This document shows positions 47,101-59,100 of a DNA stretch of 64,000 nt, one piece after another. The position numbers and the translations under genes are program-made. This DNA comes from Obrimoposthia wandeli. Taxonomy: Eukaryota. The first letter of the stretch is position 1. Each line of letters starts with the position of its first letter. Under the pieces are notes generated by a model. The model saw only the letters and a program-made list of their open reading frames with translations. It searched no databases and was not told the origin of the DNA. The stretch covers positions 1 through 64,000 of the forward strand of contig CDROCS010006010.1 of NCBI GenBank assembly GCA_977020255.1, in the 5' to 3' direction.

Positions 47101-50100
47101 AAGTCTGTTGAAAATCTTGAAAAAGAGTATTATTAAAAAAAACGTTTTAAACAATCAAAGAAAGATATTAGAAAGAATCCAAATGGATTGGTTTGGTCCA
47201 AAACAATATAAAGGATAATAAGGTGTTATACATCGAATTATTAAATTCGAACTAAAAACAAATTGTAAGTAAAATTTTCGAGTAATAATATTGTCTAAAA
47301 ACGTTGTACCTTAATTTCAGACTCCATCGAACTCAAATAAAACTAGTATTCTTAAATTATACCCCTACTTGTTTTGAGATAAATTATTGGAAATTCTGTT
47401 TAATATTGTTAAAGGAAACGTTAATCTCGATAGAAACAAGGCCACAATTAGAAAACATTAGTTTATATTAGTAATACAAACAGAGTTGCTGGTAAATGTA
47501 AAATTGTATTGAAACAAAAAGTTGGCTTAATTGGTGCACATTTACTAATGTTTGCGACAGTGATTCTTGCTAGCACATTTGCCTTACAAACAATAATGGG
47601 AATAACTTTCATAATGTAGAATTTAAAATCAATTGTTGTAATGGAAAGGAGATAGTACGATCCCAAAATTTACGTCATATTAAAGCTAAAAATAAACCTA
47701 AATAAATTTTAGAAATTGTAATTTATTTTGATATATTACAACTTGTAAAAGATGACGCTCACCCCATTGAAGAGAGTGTTGTTTGAAAGTCTGTCGAAGT
47801 TGAGTGTCAGGTTCCCTCCACCCACTGACACGACTACGGTGAAGTTCTTGACCAAATCGAACTGATCATCAAAGAGACTCAGCTTAAGATTCACAAACAG
47901 CGATTTCTTAAGGTCCAAGCTTCCATTGTTAAGTATTGTTTTACTGACATTTAGCTTCTCGGATAGATCTTCCACTGTTTTGTTTTGTGGTGCCAACGGT
48001 ATGGGGAATGTCGTCTCTGGGAGCGGATAAGATGCTCATAAGACCACTGCCTTGCAAAGATTTTAATGTATTCTCACCTTTAGGTACCACAATTAAAGTG
48101 TTAAATCCCTCGTTTGTGTATGCTCGCAGTCCAATTCTGAAGTAGAACAATCATAAAAAATAATGAAATTAATTTTAAATATTTTAAATATATTTTTTCT
48201 GAAGTTTTGTAAAGGTAATTCAAATATGATCTTATTCATTACAAAGCGCAACATGAAAATATCCTTTTTCTAACCGTCGATATCTGACAATCCTGACGAG
48301 AGGGAATTTTTTATAACATTTTGTAATAAGATAACACATTCAGACTGGAAGTTAGCGATTTCGGTACAGGGAAAAATAAAACTTACTGTTTGTTACGCTG
48401 TGTTATTTATAAATCTAAATAATTTTTTTCGATTTTCTTTCCTTGAATATCAAGCTCTGTTTATTTTGTTTTTCAAGTTATTTAATAATTTTTGAGATAA
48501 CTTTTATAGAGAGACTTTTTGACACTTGAATATCTCCAAAATTTACATAAACATAAGAATTGTTGTAAGCATTATTTCTAATCTCAGAATTTTTCTACAT
48601 TATATTTTCAACATATGTACAGTTATTTTTATAATAAAATTCTATGAGAGTCATAAAAAGTAAATGTTTATATATATTACACGGAGTGTCCATTGCTTCT
48701 GAACATTTAAGCCATTATATCCCAGAGTCCTCGTATGGCACCTGGGAAAATTTGTTGCATTATTTAAAAAAACACTTTTTAGTTGAATCTAATAATTGCA
48801 CTACACAATATACAAACCTTCATAATTTCGACACAATTTTGTATGAATGGAATTATTTGGTAATATTCGAAAAAAACAAGGTAAAATATCGACATTATTT
48901 ATTTTAAATAAAAACTGGGGATAATATGGGTTTATGATTATATTAAACAGTATTTCTAATCTAAAAATATCTAGTTATAGTGTTTTATGAGGTTTTTTTA
49001 AGTTTATTGATTATTGAAATTAAAATATTTTAGTTTTAATTGTACTATTAAGATGTCTCTTTCAATTTATAAAATCGGTTATATTAATAACAGTACATTG
49101 ACAAAATTTTGAGTCAATGTGATTCATGAAGATTTAGAAATGTTTGAAGAATCGGATAAGGATATGTATGAAGAAGTGAAACAATATTTCAAATACAAAG
49201 TCAGATTCTTGAAGAAGGCTCAACTAATTACTTAAGAAAATCCTGTTACAATTAAAAGAAGAAAGTTCAGTTATTATCTATCAAATATTCAAAAACCAGA
49301 TTTTCAATATCTTAAACAGAAAGTTGAAAAGGCAGTTCCAAATTTTATATTCAATAAGATACGAATTTTATATCTGAGGAGCTGATGCAGAATTTTTAAA
49401 AGAATATGGAAGAGAAATAGATGTTGATACCTTTCTGAAAAAGATGCAATGGACTGTAACAATTCGACTTCTTCTAATATTTTTCTTTTGTTTAAATATG
49501 TTTTGATATAAACATTTTTTTAATCAGTTTCTTTATTTTTTAGAATGGATCCTTTCTGAGTTATTTACGAAATTTTTATTATTCAGAAAGATTTTCAAAA
49601 AGAAAACCGTGTATTATATTAAAAAGATATAAAATTATATAAGTTATGAATTCTGTGTAATATCAAAAGTCGAAAATAAATATTTTAATGAAAATTTATC
49701 AACAAATGGTATTGATCAATTCAAATATATTTTGGAATGTTAAGTACCTGACGAAGTACCTGAAGAATTTTTTTTTCAAATTGAAGGTGATCATAGTCTG
49801 GCATAAAATATGTAGTTATTTATTCATACAAAATGATCATCTAAAATGATCATCTAAAATCTTGTCTACAAGTGAATACTGATGAGGTCAATAGAGCTAT
49901 ATTTGATTCTTGTGGTCTTCTATAATCACTTTAATCTCTTTTTGATTCCTTAGGTTCATCATTGGAGTTCGAATGTGAAATTCATACACATATGCACAAA
50001 ATTTCAATCCATACACACATACTGGACTTATCCACATACTTACAGGTGTTACAAATTTAAATATACGTCTAAATTCTAGAAAATATAATATTCAATGAGA

Positions 50101-53100
50101 AAATAGTCTTGTTTTTACTATTTCAATGACATTCTTACCTATAAGCGCTTCCTTCTTTCATAGCTCCATTGCAATAACGGGCATCACGACCGCAATCGTC
50201 GGTACCGCGACCAATGAGGAACACCGTAGGGGAGAACCTGTCTGTTCCAGTGTCTGTCTGTCTCTTTTGCCTGGTTGGGTACTTGGTCTTGACCTCAACC
50301 TCGTAAGCACAGGCCTCAGTTGGGGTTTCAGAATTACAAAATGCCCAGGTCTGAAGGGAATGAGATCGAGATCACAATAACAAACAACTGCAACTACCTT
50401 GTCGAAGTAGGTATCCAGCATCTTGCCGCTCTTGTTGGTGATCCCTGCGCCTCCGATAGACACCACCATGGTGAAGAAAGTTATGTTAGGCTGATCCCTG
50501 AACTTTGTCAACGGTAGGAACATCGTCACTTGAGTCTTGTTGTCAACCTCTTTATCAAAACTTGTTTTAAGCAGATTTTCATACTCCTCTTCTGTGGGTT
50601 CTCTTGCCAGCGACTGCTCCAGGGTTTCTTCCTTTTCTTTTTCTACCGGAACTTTCACGACATCGGGACCGCCTGCATCATTTGTAAATAGCATCAATTT
50701 TTATATGATTTCATGATAAGTTATGAAACGACACCGAACCATGAATTACTGTTTAGTTAGAATTAACAAAATATGAGAGCGAGAGGCAGAGTTTATATAG
50801 AACACTAAAAATGACAAAAAAACTTCATTTTAAAAAAAATGCTTTAAATAATAATCATTTATTTATATTTTTTATTCTAAACTTGTTTTGACCAGTAAAT
50901 GCAAATAGAATAAGTTTTTAAAAAATATATTAAAACTGTTTTTTATTTTAATTTTAAAAAAAGTTATAATTAAATTAATATTACTATTTTCCAAGCTTTT
51001 TAAATATTATATTAATTAATTCTATCAAATAACCATTTTTGTTACAAAAACATTGTCATTTTTTATTTTAATATTTTCTATATTTGTGACAAAAATTATT
51101 ATTGCAAATAATTTCCATTTTTTCCGATTATTATATAGTTTTACCAATTTTGGTTTCTGGAGATTCAAATTCAACAATGAAGAGAGAGTTTAGGAGAGAG
51201 TTTAGATGTTAGGATGGAAGTTTATGGGACAGTGACGCTACTGTGGCGAGTGAGTGTGAACGAGTGCGAGTTTTCATCGTCGATTTTATATTTTTGAGTG
51301 AAACATTTAGAACAGATAAAGCAAGAGAAAAAGAGACATAAAATCTTTTCCAAATTCAAAATGAAATTGAAGAAATTTAAAAAAATGAGTCGCTTATATT
51401 GTTCCCCATTATGTTCCCTTGCGCTTATCGGATTCAAATTGGAATACGAATCGGTTACATTTGCATTTTGGATGAACCGCATTCGAACCATTAAAATACG
51501 AAAAGGTTTAACCTGCAGTTCCAGTCGGAGGATTTGAAAGCCAAACTCATATATTCAGCAATCTAATAATAATTTAATCTATTAAGTCGTGTATTTTTAC
51601 AGATTTTACAACATTATCTGGATATTTTGCAATTCACTATAACTTCGTCATGGCTTTACTTTGTTTAAAAATCATAAAAAAGAAAATCCGAAAAAGTAAA
51701 GAAATTAGACAGAAGTGCCAACTTTAAAAGCCGATGACCAACACGTACCAACTTTTGTCATCTACGCGAGAGGGCTTTGAACTGAGCCGAAAGCAGACTC
51801 AATACATCTTTGGCGTAAAACATTGTCCGAGATCAAAGTTGAAATGACGATTTTGCCATGATAGATACAGTCACATCAGAATTCGACGAAAATATATTTT
51901 TAGAAACTTTGCACCCAAATTCCGACATGAAGCAAAAATGGTAATGTAATTGATAAGGTCTCATAAAAAGGTCTCAGAAACTAATTTTGATAATTGATTA
52001 ATTTTCACTTGCACTTCCATAAACTACGTTTTTGACTTTAAAAGATGTCTTCATACATTTTCATCGAGAATGCTCCGTAAGGCACTTTACAAATTTCAGA
52101 AATTCTTTTATTTCTTGAATACAGATCTTAAACTTAAAGGTCACACAAAATTATTTGCATACTTTTAAAATTGCAATTCACTCAGATTTACGCCGACTGC
52201 CCAAGCCATGAATGAAAGAGGAATATTCAACAAAGAAAAAAACCAATGTCTTTAGATCTTCACCCATCACACCTACAATAGACAATTTTCATCAAAACTT
52301 TGCAAAAATAATGCTACAGTACGACGGTATCGTTATTGGTGATACGATCTTTTCAAGCTGGTCTGCAGTTAATTTGCTTCACATTGTGAACCGGCACATG
52401 ACGAGGACTGTGGATGTGAAGTACGCTTCTGCCCAATCGCCTCAATTCAGTAGTCACCTCTACGAATTCTAAGAATTCATTTTGGAAAAGTATACGGAGC
52501 CAGAGACCCGTGGATCTATCAATCGTAACTCATCCAATATTGCATCTCCACGAACGCAGAATCGCCTGGCTGTTACACAGCGGCTTTCGCAATCCCAGTT
52601 TACATCGTGGGTCAGGCCAAAACTTACATTTGATGAAACTGTTAAAGGCTTCTTAGAAATTATTTGTGGAGATTGTCATTCTCGATTCGTATCATATTCG
52701 AACCTTATAGAAGTAGTTTAAAGTTAATACCCAAATTCCTAAGTAAGGCTTTTCTTCGCAAACATATATATATGAATCTAAATCCTGAAACCAGAACTGA
52801 CTACCACTGTGTGTGTGATGAAATACTCCTATATTTAATTCTGCAGTAAGCATTTAGATAAACATTGGCTTCCTTGTGTTGCTTGGTCCTTGTGAATATA
52901 TGCTATTAATTTCTTTATGAATGCCCACCAAAATGCTTGTGGTGTAATAAAGTTTGAAATCATAGTTAAGGCTGACTACGCTAACATGATCTTTCTGTCG
53001 TGTATTTCTGTTTAAATGTAAATATGAAATATGACTCGAAACGACACTTAACAGCATATATATTCAAACAAAACTTAAGTAAGTATATATGTTTTAAATA

Positions 53101-56100
53101 TTCATCAGAATAATAATAAAAACTTGAGTCCTGATTTTAAAAATCTTATTTTTTTATAATCGAAATTAGAATTTAGCTAAAACTTAAATATTTAAATTAT
53201 AAAAAAATTCTTTCAATTAAAAAATAATTTTGGATTTTGTAAGTTATAAAAACATATAAAAATATTTTTTCCAGACTTGATATTTTACTGATAAACTATC
53301 TATTTCATTCATATTTAGAAGCACAATTATGCCCCAAATCCCTTCATCGAGATCCCAAATTTAGCACTGACGAATGGTATTTCATGGAGATATGTCTGTG
53401 ATTGTTTTATGTCAGTTATGCAAGACGCAACTTGGCAGGGATTAGAAGCAGTTGCGTACATTGTGCAAAAGCAACCACTCCCCTGGCTACCCTTTCACTC
53501 TTTATCGACAGCAAATTCCAACTAGATAAATATCAGGAGAAGCACTTGTCAATAGAGCTCACAGCTCCTGGTGTGAAAACTTCTCCTCATACACAATCGA
53601 TCGAGAATTGCATAGCAAAGGCCTTACTCCTCGTCGATAACTTATGTTTGTGGACCGTGAATTACTTTCGTTTTGCCATTGGGCACTGTTTTAGTGTCCA
53701 TCCGCACTGCTCTGAGAGATGAATCCGTCAATGACATTTTGACTAGAAGATACAATGGGCCAAGAAAATATGCAGACTTTTCTCCAATGAAGCCGTCGGA
53801 AATTACGATAAAATGGAAACTTTCATTGATTCAGCATTCTCAAATTATCGACATTGTATAATAACCGCAGATCTCGAGAAATGATACGGATCAGTGTCAT
53901 GTGAAGCAGATTGGGATGTTATTAAATTGTGTAACTTTACACAACGTTTAATTGGAATATTTTATTATTATTTATTGTATGTGGCCCGAGTAAATTAAGT
54001 TTGATGAATCTTATTCAAAATCATTGGCTTATCTGTCACTATCTTAATTGACTTGTTTGTTCAGATGTTTGATGCTGTGCTGAAGCAGTATTGTGGCCAG
54101 GAAAGACTCACGGTAGGCCTTTGTCTTCAGTGTTCTGCTGGCCACCTCTCCATACCCCCAGCCATTGCGGGCCTGCACTTCCAGCACGTAGTTGGTGCTC
54201 TTTTTGATCCACAATGAGTTGCTCGCCACTGACAAACTCGACGCCGTGTTGTTCAGATAGGAATCGGTTGAATTCAATTTCGCAATATCGTCACATCCTC
54301 TTTTCCTCGCCAGATTCCCCTTCTGGTAGACTTTCTGGGCAATACACACAGACACTTAGATTCAGCAGTACAAATATTTCCACAAATAAATACAAATAAC
54401 AATCAAATTATAACCTAACAAATTAAATTTGTGTAGCAGAAGGTCTTTCGAGGTTCATCTGCAGTGTACTCAAGATAATCAGACTATCGAGGCTCATCTG
54501 CAGCGTACTCAAGATAATCAGACTATCGAGGCTCATCTGCAGTGTACTCAAGATAATCAGACTATTGAGGCTCATCTGCAGCGTACTCAAGATAATCCGA
54601 CTTCCGAGGCTCATCTGCAGCGTACTCAAGATAATCAGACTTCCGAGGCTCATCTGCAGCGTACTCAAGATAATCAGACTATCGAGGCTCATCTGCAGCG
54701 TACTCAAGATAATCAGACTATCGAGGCTCATCTGCAGCGTACTCAAGATAATCAGACTTCCGAGGCTCATCTGCAGCGTACTCAAGATAATCAGACTATC
54801 GAGGCTCATCTGCAGCGTACTCAAGATAATCAGACTTCCGAGGCTCATCTGCAGCGTACTCAAGATAATCAGACTATCGAGGCTCTTCTGCAGCGTACTC
54901 AAGATAATCAGACTATCGAGGCTCATCTGCAGCGTACTCAAGATAATCAGACTTCCGAGGCTCATCTCAGTGTACTCAAGATAATTCAACTTTCGATGGG
55001 CAAAGTCAAGATAAATCCCATTTGGTTTCCTGGACCGATTTTTGACCGACTCCAGTTTTAAAACGTCCTTATTAAGGCAACCAGAGCCTCGTGATTCTGT
55101 GAGTATATCGTAGTTCTCCTCTAAGTTCACCATTATCAATAAAATATTTTTCTGGCCACCGACCAGCTGAATTTGCATTCCCATGCCAACGAACACCATC
55201 TCGAAACATTCTAGTTTCACTGCTAATGTCAAACTGTTCCTCGTCACTTCACTTTTGTCTGAAATGAAACCCTCTCCTCTCCATCATCCACAATTTCATC
55301 ATCTAGCAATGTTTAAAAGGTATCTAGATAATTTGTACTGGGTTTATAGATAGCAACTGTCAATACGATCTGCAATCTATTGGTAAGTTATACAGAGTGT
55401 ATTAGATTCTACAACAACATCAGTAGCGATTGCCTCTTTATATCCATGCAATTTTCGAATGCCTGGCACGAAACAGTTCAAATCATGATTCAGTTGTACA
55501 AAAACAGAACAGAATATTTGAGACAAAATGTCAAAATGAAATTAGATGTTTACTTACACATTGATTGAAAATGGCTGCCACACATAGAAATACATTTATA
55601 TCTATACTTATGCGTGTATAAAGTTTAATAGCCAATTTGAATTTGTATTTGAAAATGCAATCAAATAAAGTGTATGTATATGTCAATATAGACATGAAAT
55701 TAATACAATCTGAGTATGTAAGGCCACATAGGAAATCATATAATTTTATATGCTTAAGTATGGTAAAATGTATTGAGGTACATCAGCACCCGTAAAAGCA
55801 TTTACCAATGTATACTTGAAATAAAAATATACAATAAAGTTAGACAAAAACAAATTCAATTTCTATAATCACAATGAAGTCACGCGATTTCAAACGTTTT
55901 TTGATTCTTCATATCAGAGGAAGTACACAAAGCGAAGAACCGTTAAAAGTAACCATGTTTAGAAACAATGATATTCGAGCACTCACCGTATCGTTACAGT
56001 CCGCACAAACCAGGGTCCACTCCACTACGCACCTGGCGTCCTCCCTGAGAGTCACCCGGTACTCCGATACAGGACCATTTTCTGGCACGGGACTGCTCCA

Positions 56101-59100
56101 CAACACGAGCACCATCGATTCGTTCTGGGAGGTGCCAACATCCAGGTTGACGGAAATGGTCGCAGCTGTAATGAAATCTCAGCTGTCTCAGATTTTGGTG
56201 GCGGTTAATGAAATACATTGCATGAACTATTGATTCGATGATGATTTACAGAAGGGGACGCCCGTGGCTGCAATGAAATCTCAGCTGTCTCAGAGCTTGT
56301 TGGCGGTTAATGAATTGCATTGCATGAACTATTGATTTGATGATGATTTACAGAATTTTTGTATTCCACACTTTTAAATACCTTTATTTGGATTATAGTA
56401 CAAAACCAGTTGAAAAACCGCATTGAACATGAGGGGGTTTAATGGGCAAAAAATAACTAATATACTTTCAAAAATTGATAACAAAATAAAAATTTATTTT
56501 ATCAAATCCTTCGAAATATTCATCAAAATCAACATCAAATGTTTCACTTATTTTCTAAATCTAATTTGAGTATATTTTCAACCTGGTTCACTTTCCCATT
56601 CGCTTTCCATCGCACTTGTCAACATCTTTCCATTTTCTGCGTCACCTGTATTAATCATTTTACCAAAGCCATTTAGTAGGCATGCACTTTGTACATGAGC
56701 CCGATCTCTTATTAATACGGTTATTCACAACGTTATTTCCCAAGGGAAACACGAGCGCATGTATTCTACTTAGAAAGACAATAAGCCAAACTGTATATTT
56801 AATTAATTAATTGTAATTTATTTAAATTAGATTTTATTGGGAGCACTTTGATTATCTTTTTCCGTCTCTAGAGTTTAGCAGAAAGAGAAAGATACTTTTA
56901 TTTAAATTACACGTCGTTGCACACTATTGGCAGAAACTGTGATAATAATCGAGCATTGATAATTGTCTAAATTTATTGCGTAGATTTCGGAAAATGATAT
57001 CGTGCATTGAAAAATTGGAATACTATTTTGTTGATTGGACCAACCCCTGCGCTGTAGTGTCACCCTAACGCAGCACCTATGTTAATTGAGCACTTTTGAG
57101 TCTTCGCATGTGGGGTTTCAAATATCAACCGCATTTATCAAGGCAATTCTTAACCAAACTTTATTTTTATCGATCACACTTTTCAAATTACAATTCAAAT
57201 TTCCTTCACCACCTTGTTCGATACTTTTCATTAATTCAATAAAACTTCCATAACAACTTTAACATTTCTAAATCACCAAGGTCATAAAAAACATTTTTTT
57301 AACTTTTTTAAACAAACATCCCTCTTTTTTCTTTCTCACCTTCACCACCATTTTTACTGTCCTACCCAAAATCATCATCATACAATTATTACTATTATTC
57401 AATCTTACTATTTATTAGATAATCACATGCTTACTATTATTATTCAGCATGTGATTATCTACATCTTCCTACATTCTGCATTTTCCGCCTCCAACACAAG
57501 TATGTTCCAAAACAAGCACCATACCTTACTTAGAGTGAAAATATAATAATTCTTAAATTCTTAAATAATTCTTAAATTGCTAAAAGTCGACCCAACACAA
57601 TATCGAACTAGGACCATTGAGAGTTCGAATCAAAGTACTGATCTATAGGTTAACCAAGAATTAACCAACGAGACGGTAGTCTAATCCCTGATTCGAGGAT
57701 TTCTAATTCCTGATATATCAGAGAAGTAACGTCAGCGTCGATTGGCTCCGGCTTAGTTTTAGCTGATTTTCGGTCTTGTGAAATACAGACCCTTTTTTAA
57801 TTTAAAATCTCAATTGACCTAACCGGCTTAATACATTAGCCCTACACAACACATCAGTAGTTTTAAGGACCATACAGTTATCTTATACACAGCCTCTACA
57901 ACACAACGCAAACAACACAATTAGAAACCTTCAAATAGTGAGATAAACCTTCGGAGAATTGAGAATAGGTTGCCACATCCATCTGTAAGATCTATTGCTA
58001 CAGAACTCACATACGAAAATTATAATAATCAGACATTTATCAGAACACCATCACTAATAGCAAAATATATTCCTGCCATTTTTCATTTATGCGACTTAAT
58101 GATAAAATTTATTTCAACATAGAGAAAAACCTTTCTGCAGACACTTGACTCGCTGGTGCCGCTAGTACTATAGTAGGTAGAAGGATGGAGTCTAGACCAC
58201 CTGCCCCCCTGTGTGCGTATACAATGTTAAAGGGTGTCACACCATAAGGGTCTGGCTCAGAAAGGTTATGATAGGGGGGACAGGTCAAGTGATCTAGTCT
58301 CCATTCTTCTTATGGTCAACCAACATACCCAAAGGTTGTGATCATCCATAATTCAAAGGGTCAGGCAGAGTTTTGACTTGAAGGTTTGAAGGTATAATTG
58401 AGGTCAACAATGGTTGGCCATCACATCTAAAGGGTCATGGTCGTCCATAAACCAAAGGGTCGTGTTAAAGACAAAATCAAGTTTAAAATATCAAGGTTTT
58501 AGTACATGGTTGGAATCATCTTTAGAAGGCGAATTCATCTAAAAAAGTATGGTCGTCCATAGATGAAGGGTTAAAAAAAAGTTGGAATTCATATTTTTAA
58601 GTAAATGGTTGTATTTGTCAACATATTACAAATTTAATCATGTAAAAATTTTATGGTCGTTCGCAAGGTAAAGGTCAGATTTGGCATAAGTTAAGGAATC
58701 ATATAGTAATCAATCAATTATTCTATGTGAAAGTTAAAGTTCACTCTTATCAGTTAAGGAATGTATTACGTAACAACATACACATTATACTATGTGAAAA
58801 TTGAGATTAAAGTTTTCTTAGGCTTACACATCTAAAGAATTATAATAAAATTTATGTTAATAACTTAAAGTATATTTTAAAATCAAAATAAAATAAGAAA
58901 GAAGTCAGAGAATAATACAAAATTAAACACATTTATTATGTAATTTCATAATGTCCATAAGCGCGGTTCTATTTTTCTCGATCCAATAGCGTTTGTCATC
59001 TGATGAGCTGAGAGCAGTCTTTAGTATCATGATTGTGTATAGCTGGTGATTTATTGCTCCAAACCTATTTTGTGGTATAGTATATGCATTACCGTTTTCA

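Noticed and set aside
48300-48760. TACAGGG / TACACGGAGTGTCC motifs resembling Tc1/mariner TIR tips
   Set aside because: No matching inverted partner or TA TSD pair could be established.
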